From Perkinsus chesapeaki ATCC PRA-425 (lineage: Eukaryota; Protista; Perkinsozoa), in contig JAAPAO010000013.1 of the NCBI GenBank assembly GCA_013115145.1, forward strand, positions 62,001 to 126,000: a stretch of DNA of 64,000 bases, read 5' to 3'. The notes under the pieces were generated by a model that did not search any database, was not told the origin of the DNA, and saw only the letters and a program-made list of their open reading frames with translations. The position numbers and the translations under genes are program-made. Of this stretch, positions 37,200 to 49,299 are shown piece after piece; within the stretch, counting starts at the first letter, position 1, and every line of letters begins with the position of its first letter.

Positions 37200-37350
37200 T
37201 GATAAGGTATGAAACCATTCAAAAGATCGGAGCTTCATCGAGCAACATTTCCGTCGGACGTGCTCATGGGACTCCTAGTTCTTCCCAGACTGCCCTTTGC
37301 TGCGCTAAATTTGCATGTATGTCAGAAACAAGCACTCCAAACCGCATTAC
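37200..37350 (-). pseudogene. Degenerate duplicate of the last exon and 3' flank of the RWDD2-like gene B
   Basis: DNA similar to about 40210-40355 (AAAGATCGGAGCTTC…CCGTCGGACGTGCTC…GGACTCCTAGTTCT); translates CGLECLFLTYMQI* versus AGLEDLFLTYMQIY, with a premature stop. Confidence 0.7.
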
Positions 37351-37455
37351 AAACTAAACATGCAACTCGTAAAGATAAAGTGAGACTTGCCGGTTGACAA
37401 AGACCGCCCAAACGGCATAGACAAGTGATATGTATTTTGTAGCCAAAGCTCGTAT

Positions 37456-39654
37456 CTAAATAACTAACGTATCCGACTTTTCCAAGCCCGAGTTGTCATC
37501 ATCAAGCCATTGCTTTACTATACGGCGCATGCCTTTCCTAGCTCGCCTGAAAAACAAAGATTCATCTTAAACCTAGTGAGTAGCTTACTCTAGGCTTTCC
37601 TCGACCATGCCGCTTCCTTGATGAGTCCAGTAATGGTGCGAGGCACTCGGAACCTGTACCATTCATGAAGACGTCAACACTCCAATCCAACTCACCCAAA
37701 TAGTAGGTAGGTCAGGACCACTGGATGTCACAAGTGCCAGTCGATGCCAGGGATCTATACCACCATTGATTGAGAGAATACGGGTGGCATTGTTGAGTGA
37801 TAGACCACCGTGTTTCTTGTTGGTTCTCTCGATATTAGCTGCTACCTGATCCAGATACATCAGAGCAAGATGCTTTTACTAGTAAGCCGAACGAGATGGC
37901 AGCGGAGTGATTCCATTTTTCAGGAACAGCACATAGAGCGAAGTACCTCTTTTTCGGTGAAGCCCCACGCAATTTCGCAAGGCAGCAGGTTCCACTCGAG
38001 ATCATCGACGCCTGGCGTCCACAAGCAATTTCTACTTGAGTTGCAGGTCTGATAGAAACCAAACTCATTGCAAGTTTGGAAAGTCCACATCTTTATCCAG
38101 TCGGCGTCGGACTCGTTCTTGAGTCTACGAACGAGCCGTGTACTCTAGAGGCGAGAGCGAAAACGTCGTACATTTGGACAGTCTTGCTGAAATCGACGTC
38201 CTCGCATTCCTCCCGGCTTCGTTGATTAACGGCAGCGAGGCGCTCAACTAGGGACCTGAAGGATTCGACGTTAGTTGGGAATCCAGTGGCTCTTTCTACT
38301 CCGGCACATCAGGATCGGTGAAGTAGCTGCACATCTTTTCAATGTTGCACAGCTTACCTTCACAACGCGGATCATTTGATTGGGAAGAGAAACTCAAAAG
38401 ACCTTCGGATGCCCTGAGAGGAGCCAAATGTGTTGGTCACCACCCGAAGAGCTCACCATGTTTTTACGTTGTTCATGTCCACTAGCATGTCAGTACCACA
38501 TATATTGAAAGCCCGTTCCAGCTCCTTCCGGCCTTTAGGCTTCATCAACATCTCGTGCACTTTAGCGTGGGCTTGCTTGATCTGCATCAACAGGCAACAT
38601 TTCACAGGGGGTCACTCGGAGCGACTCGCTCCTTACTGCAGACGCACAGGCTATACTCCCTCCGACCAGCTCATTTGCGAATGCGAGCCCGAGGGCCTCA
38701 TTGTATCTTTTATGAGCTACGCATGCTTATCATAACAGTACGCGAGCAACACTACTCTGGAAAGTCGAGCCTCGCCTCAATCGGTGCGCTCGAACTCACA
38801 GCTCCGACGAACTTATCAGGATACTCCGCTCGAGCCCAGGCGGCGACTACCTGAGACAGAGCGCACAAATGGTGACGATTCGAGTAAAAACAGTATGATA
38901 TTTAGGGCGAAAAGCTATAAATAATAATCAGCAATACCCCTGGATAGCTTCCGCCAAAGGTAACAAACTGAGCGTTTCCAAGTCCGTAATGGCAGGCAAC
39001 GAAGTCACGAAAACGAGCGACATCGGCCACGGCCTGATCGCTGGTGAAGGTCTTCTTTAAAACCTCAGCCGATAGATTACTGGTTGGCTTCTCTTGACCG
39101 TAGTATCTAATCATAGCGTACTCTATTGACCCCCTAAAATAGGAACTAACCTGTGCTCGAGAGCCATCGCTATAGCGCCGATTTCTTTGGCGAGTGATAT
39201 CATATCATCTGCGATATTTGACTCCGTAACAAGATTGTCGGGGAGAAGAGGTGACTCTCCACCAGTGTAAAGTAGAACAACCTTGCAGATGAACGACACA
39301 GTGTGTACGATGGGGCCCGTCGGACCGATGGGCTCTTCCTTACTGGCCTTTGGCATCGATCTTGTTTTGCGAACTCGTCGTTATAAAGGTACTTCTGACA
39401 CCAAGTTTTCGGGGATGGGTGGTTATCTGAAAAATCGCTCTCGCCTCAGTTGGCAGACATCTCCAGATGAGTAACGTATACATACCTCCAGCAAAATGGT
39501 CCACCAGTTGGTCACAATAGAAATGTGTATGGTTCCCTTTTATTTGAGGCTTTTTCGGGGACAATAAACCCTCCCGGCGCATCATAAACTTTTGCCTTGG
39601 ATATGGCAAGCTCGCCACTCCGCCTAAGAGTATGACGATGCTAATGAGATTCAT
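37456..39654 (-). CDS. Serine carboxypeptidase S28 family peptidase, copy 2
   Basis: MNLISIVILLGGVASLP signal peptide; same exon series and GGSYPG motif; several exons nearly identical in DNA to copy 1. Confidence 0.9.
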
Positions 39655-39949
39655 TTTTTAATATAAAGCACAAGAGCTAGAAATCAGGAAAGTGAGCGTC
39701 GGTTGAACGCAGACGCTTCTGATTGGAAGACTTGGAATATTCATGTGGTCTAACGGAGATCCCGATGTAGTTATGGCGAGCATGAGCTCTAATATTACTA
39801 AGCAGTACACCAACTGTTAAAAACAGCTAAAACTGAAAAGTCACTGCGTCTTCTATCAGTCACTTCCATATTCGTATGTAGGAAAGGCTAAAGTCAGCAC
39901 GGCCTCGAGGAGCTCAGCGACGAGGACGGCAAGGATCCACACGGCTATA

Positions 39950-40028
39950 AGCACTGCTTGCTTACTTCCGAAGTACTGGGTCTGCTCATTAAGCAGAGCC
40001 AGTACTTCGGAAGTAAGTACTTAGTGCT
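39950..40028. repeat. 79-nt imperfect hairpin
   Basis: Perfect 19-bp arms CTTACTTCCGAAGTACTGG / CCAGTACTTCGGAAGTAAG, then a G/G mismatch, a 6-bp inner stem TCTGCT/AGCAGA and a 5-nt loop; outer 6-bp stem AGCACT/AGTGCT. Confidence 0.9.
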
Positions 40029-40294
40029 ACTTCCCATTGGAAGCGATGACTGAGAGACTGTACACGAGTCGTGTGTAGACACACTAACAGTTCCAAGAGC
40101 ACCCTTCTTAACGCACCCCAGGTTATGAAGCATGATAACACAAGCCTAATGGAATCTTAGAGGAACACTATTAAATTTCCACAGCCATTCAATTGCGCTC
40201 AGTGGCTTATAAAACAGTTGATAATGTACGAGAATCATTCGAAAGATCGGAGCTTCTTCGGGCATCATCCCCGTCGGACGTGCTCCTAGGACTC

Positions 40295-41624
40295 CTAGTT
40301 CTTTGCCGACGATTCTTTGCCGCGGTATATTTGCATGTAAGTCAAAAACAAGTCCTCTAACCCCGCCTCCCGGCATCTGAATAAAACGATAACCGCTTTA
40401 CCGAAAACCAAGTGGAGCAGTGGCATATTGATACTCGGACCGGTTAAAGTGTGCACACATTTACATGTTAACCGACCTACTTATCAGCCACTGCATTCAG
40501 CTCATCTTTGCCGTACTCGTGAAACTCAATAGGCAACTTGCGCATATCGTCAAGCTCTTTGCCGGGCGGTACGGGAATCTGTTCGTCACCGCGAACATCC
40601 ATATATCGCCAATTCAACCTGGTATGAAGGAACTCAGGTGGGGAAGGACAACCGAACTGTACTTGTACACCATGTTAACATAGTCCGTCACATCCTGTTC
40701 ATCTCCCTCCACAACTATACATCCAGGGAACCCTATTTTACTCATACCACCCAGTCGAAGCTCCTCTGAAAGATAAGAGATGGATTAAGCGCCAACCGTG
40801 GCAGTAGATTTCAGTGGAGTGGAGATCTCACTTGCCCACTGTTGAATGCACCGTCTTTTATAGGGGCTCCGAATGTGATGGAAGAATATGATTCGTCGGC
40901 CGAGGATGGGAGGCCCTCTACGCTTGGCCTCCTTTGTCTGATGCAGATGTTACTAGACTTTGCTGCCTCATCAAGCTCTACCTCAGCTGCTGCTGCTGCC
41001 CGCGATGTTGACAAAGGCTCGCCTGCAGCGCCCTTATATTGTTCACTCTTCCACTCCTCGGCAAACTAGAATAAAGCGTTGCTCACAGATTGCGAGTCAC
41101 AATAGAACCCAATGGTGCTTGGTACCTTGGAAATAAGTGCTGGTATCGGAGCCAAGGCGGCAAGGATAGGGAATTCATACCCAGACCTCAGCTGGGCCTT
41201 AACATTAGAGGCAATTGCGTCTTGCAACTTTCCTAAGCATTAACGTATCATAGGATGCCCAAGTCGAATAAGCAGATTGGCTATATAGTTGACGTCCATG
41301 GGACACTTACTTGATCTAGCAGAGAGATCGGCGGAGCACTCGGCAATGACGATTTCTGGAAAGGCCGCTCCGTCATTTGTAGGATATCCATGCGGGAGAG
41401 TTACCATAACAGTGGCACTCGTTTCGTCATCATAGCCGTTAGTGAATGTAATGGCGTATCTAAATGAACCCGACATGTTGTTGAAACAGTACGCGAAGGT
41501 TATCCTACGTCATCTCGTCTCCGTCGTCTTCGTTATCAGGCTGATGCAGCCACATAAAGTCACTGCCATATGCAGCAGAAAGAGCCTCAGACTCTCGCAG
41601 TTGAAGATCAAAGCAAGTGGACAT
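40295..41624 (-). CDS. RWDD2-like protein (RWD domain plus DUF1115-type domain), paralogue B
   Basis: MSTCFDLQLRESEALSAAYG, VTLPHGYP (RWD motif), LRLGGMSKIGFPGCIVVEGDE, LNWRYMDVRGDEQ, CREAGLEDLFLTYM. Confidence 0.78.
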
Positions 41625-41994
41625 GCTGTATCAATAATCAAACCTTACAGAGTCCAATTCATCATTCAAGCGAAGGTCCACTACCCACACCAACTCGAAG
41701 GGACATCTTCACGAGTCGTGGAGCAGCAAGAGACAGCCGTGACAGGGTCTACTAATTGCAATTGTGCAGCTTTCACTGTGCAAGCATTGCGAATACCGAT
41801 TATACTCCTTTGAATAGAAGAAAAACGGCGTGTGTGCAACACCTCCGACCCTCGCGATACAGATTGCCCATCTGAACACGTTACTGTATCGTACAAAAGG
41901 CAAGTTTGACAGGCAACAAGAACTGAGTGAGCATGAAGCAAATAGAACCACTGTGTGGCGAGTAGTGTTATATTTGACCATGGCCTCCAGCAAT

Positions 41995-43511
41995 TCAACG
42001 TTTCTTTTCTTTCTTCTCATCAGTAGACTTCGTTCTGGCCTTCTTGTCCTTGGACTTCTTTCCACCATAGATCTTCATGCACGTCAAGAACAATTCCTCC
42101 AGCCCGGCTTCTCGGCATCTACAAGAGCACAGACGTAAAGGAGGCAAACTACCCGATCTGTGCACCACCTGGCAGCCACCTTATCCATGTCGTCCCAGCC
42201 GTATTCGATGAACGACAGTGGCAACGCTCTCATATCATCCAACGTTCGTCCAGGCGGCACTGGGACCTGCTCCTCGCCTCGCACAGCAATGTACTTCCAG
42301 CGAAGTCTGACAAGCAATACCGGACCATCTGAGAGGGGCCGCTGGTTACCTAGTCACTAGGTTTACAAACTCAGCGCAATCACGTTCGTCTCCTTCAACC
42401 AATATACAGCCAGGGTAGCCTAGCTTCGACATACCTCCTAGACGGAGCGCTCCTAACATGCTCCGATCGACGTCTTGACAGTGGTACTTCACAAAAGACT
42501 CACGGGCCCATTCTAGAATATATTTCCGCTTCACAGGACTCCATATGTGATGGGAGTAGATCATCCTTCTGCCGAGTACTGGTGGGCCACGCCTCATCTC
42601 GTACTTCTTTTCCTGCATGTCGGGCTGGCAATGCGCCTATTTCGAGTGGCCTACTGCAACAGCAAGGTGCGCCGCCCATGCATAGTCTTCTTCAGCTTCC
42701 TCCTTCTTACGCTCCGCCTCCATATCGGCCCATTCCTCCTCGTACTGATCGAAAGCATCAGTACGTTCCCCACAGTTATACAATCTCACCTGGTGGAGCA
42801 AGTCTGGTATTGGAGCAAGAGCGGCTAGAATAGGGAACTCGTAGCCCTCTTTTAACTGCCGCCGGACCTCGGCTGCCACTGTGTCTTCGATCTTTCCTGA
42901 GACCATCGCATACCAGCGCGCATACCCTACGACGGCCCTAGACGAAAGTAACCGAGAAGAAAAGGTAAATCTTATTATGTTATTCTCAGAACACCTAGAG
43001 TTGCCACCGGTTTGTGGGATTGAAAACCAATGTTGGTGAATCGAATCCCTCGGCACTGCGCCGTATAGTGCGCACGTTCTGGATTTGGTCTCCAGGTATA
43101 CCAATATTTTGAAGGCATAACAAATGAAAGGCTGGCAGTTTCCCGTAGAAGATAGATCCTCAGACTGTTCAATTTGGACATACCTCCCCCCACCCCTCAC
43201 TTAGTTTCCTCTTAACAGTCTCTGATGCCTCCACTGCCACTATCTCCGGCAAAACACCGCCACTCGTGGGATATCCAGCTGGGAGAGTGAACATGATCGT
43301 TGCCGTGCTTTCCATTGTACCACTGCTATGCACTGTTACTGCGTATCTGACCATCCCAACACTCCAACTTCAGTGGTGACTTCACGTACGCAGGTTCGCC
43401 GTCCTCAGACGATTCTGGCTTATGCAACCACATAAATCCCTCATCTTGGCCGTAGACTGACTCAAGTGCGTCGGCCTCATCGAACTGTTGATCCAGACAG
43501 GTGCTCCTCAT
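41995..43511 (-). CDS. RWDD2-like protein, paralogue A
   Basis: LDQQFDEADALESVYG, FTLPAGYP, RRMIYSHHIWSPVKRKYILEWARE, LGGMSKLGYPGCILVEG, RWKYIAVRGEEQ, CREAGLEELFL; matches the RWDD2A/B architecture. Confidence 0.82.
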
Positions 43512-43715
43512 GGCCTCTCCAACGTTATTAATCAGTTATAAAAAACATCAACTTGTAAGACTCGATTCCAATGGTAACCAGTCAGAGCTGGTCAAAGGGA
43601 GGGATTATGTCAGAGAAGCCTCGCTGCGGTGTGGCCTTCAGTATTAGTCCTAGGCTTGCGGGTCTACACATTGCACTTGAGAACCCAAGCCGGGCTAGGT
43701 GTTAGAAACTGCATA

Positions 43716-45250
43716 TCATGAAACGGTAGCTGCAACAGCTGGCTCATCAGTAACACGCCTCCGTTTCCCTCCCTTCCCCGTCCGCACCGCCTGTGCTGCT
43801 ATATAGTCCTTCAAGGAGGACACTTCCTCCCGTGTCAGCTCCCTAACATCGCCCGGCATCGGTACACCAGCTTCATGGATGGCGAATGGCCCCAGCTGGA
43901 TGCGACACAGATCGCGCACTGTAGACCTGTTAGATCGCTGTCCTACCTATCCCGAGCCCCTCCACTCACCCCACAGCCTCCACCATTCGCCTAACTTGCC
44001 GATTCCTTCCTTCCCACAGTGTTATGTTAAACTGCTTGCATGTATACCTATCATACTCGCTCATTTCCAATGGGAAAGGGTCCCCGTTCCCATCGAGTGG
44101 CTCGACCAAGGTAGGCAGTGTTGGACCATCTATCACCATAATAGAGCCTTCTTAAAGGAGATTCTTACCATCTAACGATACGCCACTACGCAAAGCCATA
44201 AGCTGGGCTCCTGTAAGAGGCGGGCCTTTGACAGCCACACGATAGACCTTCGGCACCTTATAGGCCGGATCAACCAGGGAAGACTGCAGGTAGGTGTCGT
44301 TGGTAAGGAGGAGCAGACCTTAAATAGATCACATGGTAAACTTATCGAATCCGCAGATCTCCACGGGATGGAGGGGAAAGATTACGAATCGTTGTAACCG
44401 GACAGCAGAAAGTTAAAACGGTCCTAAATCCCACACGCCGCCGTTATCCTTTAGCACCCCCTCGTACCAGTAGTCGCCTTATCCAGTCTTCCTGATGCCC
44501 CAATATATACAGCAGGATCTGGTAAGAGCTGGAACACCTACTAACACCCTACCCAAGCTCAATTACACTCTCTTACTGTATCCCTGTTTAATGGGTCATC
44601 TCGGCTCACCACACAGCCCGCTGGCTTGTGCATCAGCAGCGTAAGGTGGCAGGTGGCCTCCAGCGGTGTGCCATTGACCTAAGCAAGCCCATCCAGTCAC
44701 GCGCCCTGGCTCCTTCTTACCAATATAGAGTCCTTTCGTATATCAACCCATTTGTTTTGGAACACCGGCCTACCATTCACAGTTATCCGACCACGCTCTA
44801 TGAGCCTTCCAGCCTCGGTACCTTACCAATGACATAAGCACTCAAGGAGCACACCTTACTGACGGCTGCAGAGACCAAGCTTCGAGAGCAGGCGGTCAAC
44901 CGTGACGTTATCAGACCCGACTCGAGCGATCTGATGGCAGAGACATTCTTCTGTGCTGCGGTCCGCAACTGTCTTACTGATTCATCGCTGAGCACTCCCT
45001 TCGAGTGCTCCAGTGCGGAGACTTTGGGCTCAGGCTCATGGCCCCAGGTGGGCTCCCACGATATGGAGGTAGACGGCGTTCTAGGACGCCTCCAACTGAA
45101 TAATCATTAGCCCTCCAACTGGTGTTAACTACGTACTGTTTAATCTTATGCCACATGAACTGTGAGGTGTCCCACCGCCGGGCCATGCTTATGCATTTGG
45201 GAAGGGACGGCCGACACTCACACAGCCCTCGAGATATCAGTGCCATCCTC
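43716..45250 (-). CDS. RsuA/RluB-family pseudouridine synthase with S4 domain and an N-terminal extension (possible organelle targeting)
   Basis: AGRLIERGRITVNG (S4), LMHKPAGCVVSRDDP, GRLDKATT|GLLLLTND (catalytic Asp), VPKVYRVAVKG, RDLCRIQLGPF. Confidence 0.82.
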
Positions 45251-45477
45251 ACAGTCCTAAGAAGCCATGGTCTGCCCCCCCCACTGGTTACTAGGAGGAA
45301 CGCAACAAGGAGGCAACCAGAGATAAAATCTAGTGAACGTTAAGGGACGATAAAAAGTCTGAGAAACATAGCTTGCCAAGTACAGAAGAATGCTGCTGCT
45401 TGAGATTCATGAGTCACAACCCTTTTGATTGGACTGCGCAGCGAGACAGGCAAATAATAACATCTTCATTTGGCTCT

Positions 45478-46550
45478 CTCAGGCCTGTTGAGGCAGACGA
45501 GCGGACTGAGAGCGCGGCACGAACGGCGGAGGCTCATTGGAACGCCTCGCTGTGGCTGAACAAAAACAAATATGCTCCGAAGCCCTCAAGCCGAGCCTAC
45601 AGATATCTGCAAAGGTAGGGCCACGGTGTAGGAAGGGAGGCTCCTCTCTATGATCGCCAGCCAGATCACCCTCTATACCTAAATAGGCATAACTGCGCCC
45701 TTACTTAACCAATTCTTACCGAGAATGTCCTCGAGCCGCAGCCAGCAATCACCAAAGTGAACCAGATGAACGGCTAGAGAGACCACTTGCAAAAGGCCAG
45801 TAAGAAGAAACTTTTCGGCTGCACCTGAAGATACCCCCATGGTTCATTGCTCCTTTGCTCGGAACACCCACCGTTCACTGTCCCCAACTGACTTGGTGCT
45901 TGGCCAGTCTCTGCCCACAGGCTGGTACGCATTCTAGTGAGCTCCACATTCAGCCTTATGACAGCCTGCCTCACACAACTCCCTGCAGACCGTGGCTGCT
46001 GGACACATGTTACATCCACGTTCACCCTGGACTCCAGTGATACATCTACGCAGCAATGAGGCATTACTCAGTGGCCTTTATAGCGGCCAACAGCTCATCC
46101 ATATTATTAATGAGGCCACCAGCGACCTGCACGCCCTTACTGCCAAGCCGGCAGTCCCTTGCAGGGCTTGCTACAGCCAACGCTGCCAAGGAGAGATCGA
46201 CCTGTCACCAGGAGAGCTACTCGGAGAGCGGTATGAGTGCAATTGGTTACCAAAGCCTCGTTGACGTCCGTAGAGAAGTCCCCCCTTCGCATGATCTGAT
46301 CTTGCAGTTTGCCTTGTCTAATCAAAGGCTTGGTTGCTGGAGGGAAGTGGACCTGATCACCAAGCGATCCCGCCAAGCGTCTTAAGCGGCAGCAGGCATA
46401 CTAAAGTGTCCACAGCCTTCGGGGGTACCCCACTAGCAGCGTTGCGCGGAGGCTTGTAGCTCGTAGACTGGGGCTTCTCCTCCTCGGAAGTTGTCACGAG
46501 GCGGCTCATGCTTCTGGTATACCTGACCCTCAACGACATATACAAGCACA
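45478..46550 (-). CDS. Multi-exon hypothetical protein
   Basis: Exon-like frames with splice signals (SRLVTTSEEEKPQSTSYKPP; DQVHFPPATKPLIRQGKLQDQIMRRG; GLINNMDELLAAIKATE); no family recognised; could instead be joined to the pseudouridine synthase. Confidence 0.4.
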
Positions 46551-46663
46551 AAATCCTAATAGAGATCAGCCTCAGTAAGGCCAAGTGACGCTCCTACCAA
46601 CGATACCCCTAGGCCTTCCATTAATGACACCCCCTACCCAGCCTCTACCAACAACACCCGCTA

Positions 46664-48920
46664 TTACGCCAGAGCACTCTGCCCTTCAGCCTTATCACTA
46701 TGCTGACACTGTGTGGCTTTCACAACAGCTCGCATAGTCACATCCACGGCAGTCTCCAATAGATCCTTATGAGGAGCGTCCAATGCGAATCGTAGACGGA
46801 ATGGTGGTGGTACCATCTAAGACCAGCACTCTTCAAGAACGCCGCCTTCCCTCAACTCTTACTGCAAATATCATAGCCAGGAATACACCAGTACAAACAA
46901 TAGCAATACGATAGAGAGCCACATGCCATATGGCATAGGAATCCCGAGCTGAAAAAAGAAGAACAAGTGACAAACCGCCCACCGTCGTCATCGCCAGTGT
47001 GATAGGGCCCGCTGCCTCTAGGGACTATGCATTGGCTGGGGGATACTACGCATTGAACCAGAGTTGCTACTCTCATCTTCCTTCCAACTAGCGATCGCCA
47101 CCACCACCCATGAGATGTACGCCAGCAATGGGCCCGACACCTTCTTAACCGTTCTACGGTGGAAGTAGGCGGCCAGGGCAGCAAGGAGGACCTGGGGAGC
47201 TGGTGAGGGTGGATGGGCCGTGGACAGGGCTTACCAGTTGAGTGGCATACGCACTGATGTTGCCTCTATTGGCCTCTGCCGACGCCAGCCCTAGTATGCC
47301 ACCGAAGAGGGTCCAAGCGAATAGAGGGGCAACACAGTAGACCGCACGAATCTATAGTGGGTAAGAAAGAAGTAGAATATGAAGGAGGGGGAGATGCTTA
47401 CCATGCCTCCCTTAAGTAATACTTGTAAAGTCATGAGACCCGGTAACAAACCCCATAGGGCGTATCTGATATTAGAGGATGAAACACATTACTACGCATA
47501 TATCAGACACTGTAGAAGCTCTATTAGAGAACGATTTATGTTTCTTATACCATATTTACTATTACCCTATACACCATATTTACTATTACTCTATATACCA
47601 TATTTACTATTACTCTATATACCATATTTACTATTACTCTATATACTACCTACACCCCTATCGTCCCCCCACTCCCTTACGCATCAACTGCTGAATCTCT
47701 ACCTTCCCACAGAGTATACAGTATAGTAGCCACAAACATCATAACGGCCATACGTAGAGCGTAGCACCTAACACCAAGGCAACACCTTCAACCCTTCATC
47801 ATCAGCCGGCCTCATAGCTTACAGGGCATCCTCCGCATCACAGCGACTACCGAACGACTGCCGTATAGAGCCAACTGCCTTCCACTTCGCCACTGTGTTC
47901 CTGCAACCGCCAACAATACCTCGAACAGACATGGAGAAGCGTCACTTACCTTCCCAGCATCGACAGTACCACCCTCAGTGAGCCCATCGTCGAGGCAACG
48001 TACTGAGTGCTCGCCATACGAGCCCTCCGCAAAGCCCGAACCTTAAAGAAAGATGACTAAACGACCGGGAGATGGCAGAGCTTACGAATCTGACAATCTC
48101 CAGCACGGCGGCCTGCAATGCGAAGGCATCGGCAGCAGCGCTCTTGTAGGCCTGGCTGACGTGGGCCCCCATACTCGACTGAACTAGGTCGACCAACTGC
48201 TCCTCGCTAGGTAGGGAATCTATAAAGAGAAAAAGGAAATGAGCACTGAAATATATCGGCGTCTTACTCTCCGATACCGCAGCGATAACAGCGGTGAACT
48301 TTAACATAAAGGGAGCTGTTACCAGCCCCTCACATGCCTCTGGTAGAGACAAAGGACGTCCACTACGAGGAGGGTGTATCTAACAAAAGTGTACTCTATC
48401 TGTAAGGGTGCAAAGGCTCACCGTTTGAGCAAAGGTCGCCAGGTTGCCAAAGCATACAGACTGCAAATGGGTAACCTGACACAAACGCTGTCCCATTGTC
48501 AAATGCCAGACACCTACTTTTAAGGCTCCCTCATCATCCGATTGCTTCCATGCTCTATAGAGGGCCTTCTGACACCGCAGTGAGGCTGCTCTGGTAGACA
48601 CATAATCCTGAATTAAAAATGCCCTTACCCGGGATCGAACCCGCATAGGCGCTACCTCCTGAGCTCCGGATGGGGACATCAGCGATGTGCAAAGAGCGTG
48701 AAAATAGGACAGCAACGCCGAGTCCGCCTCGAACAATGCCATCTTACTCGACCCACACAACCGGCAGCTCCTGCATCGCATCTGACCATAAGGGACTACT
48801 CGGGCTGGTTAACCACAGCGGTCTTACTAGTGACAGGAGGGATGTGACCAGGAACGTGACTATGCCAGCTGCGCAACCGGCGAGCATACAGCGACCGAGC
48901 TCGGAATAGATGTTCGCCAT
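46664..48920 (-). CDS. Multi-exon hypothetical membrane protein
   Basis: Hydrophobic exons (GIVTFLVTSLLSL; PLFAWTLFGGILGLAS; VLLAALAAYF; PLLAYISWVVVAIASW) joined by GT-AG introns; may be two genes. Confidence 0.45.
47546..47646. repeat. AT-rich minisatellite, about 4.2 x 24 bp, intronic
   Basis: Unit TATACCATATTTACTATTACTCTA repeated four times with two single substitutions. Confidence 0.95.
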
Positions 48921-49299
48921 CGCGCCGTATCTGATAGTAACACTCCTAGCAGTACTCGGATGTGCTTAGGTCAAATTCCCACGTTGTTGGATCACAACAA
49001 GCATTCAGAATGGTCTTCTAGCTCGAGTTCTTCAAAAAGTGCAAGCTGCATTTCAATTCCATAAAATACACGAGACTAGGAGGAGAAGAGGAGGAGCCAT
49101 TCTACTCACATTGGCACAGTACAGACCATCAAAGCTCCAATAGGTACACTGTACACTTCGGTTATCTGAAAGATACCATATGATACAGGATATGATTATA
49201 AGCACTTACAGGCTTAACAGTATAGGCAAAGGCGTGCAGTATCATTAAAGGCAATGCCCAGACAGCTGCTATATATGAATTATACCTGGGCATTCAAAT

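Noticed and set aside
47379-47726. ORFs encoding LLLYIPY or YHIYYYSI repeats
   Set aside because: Translation artefacts of the intronic 24-bp minisatellite.
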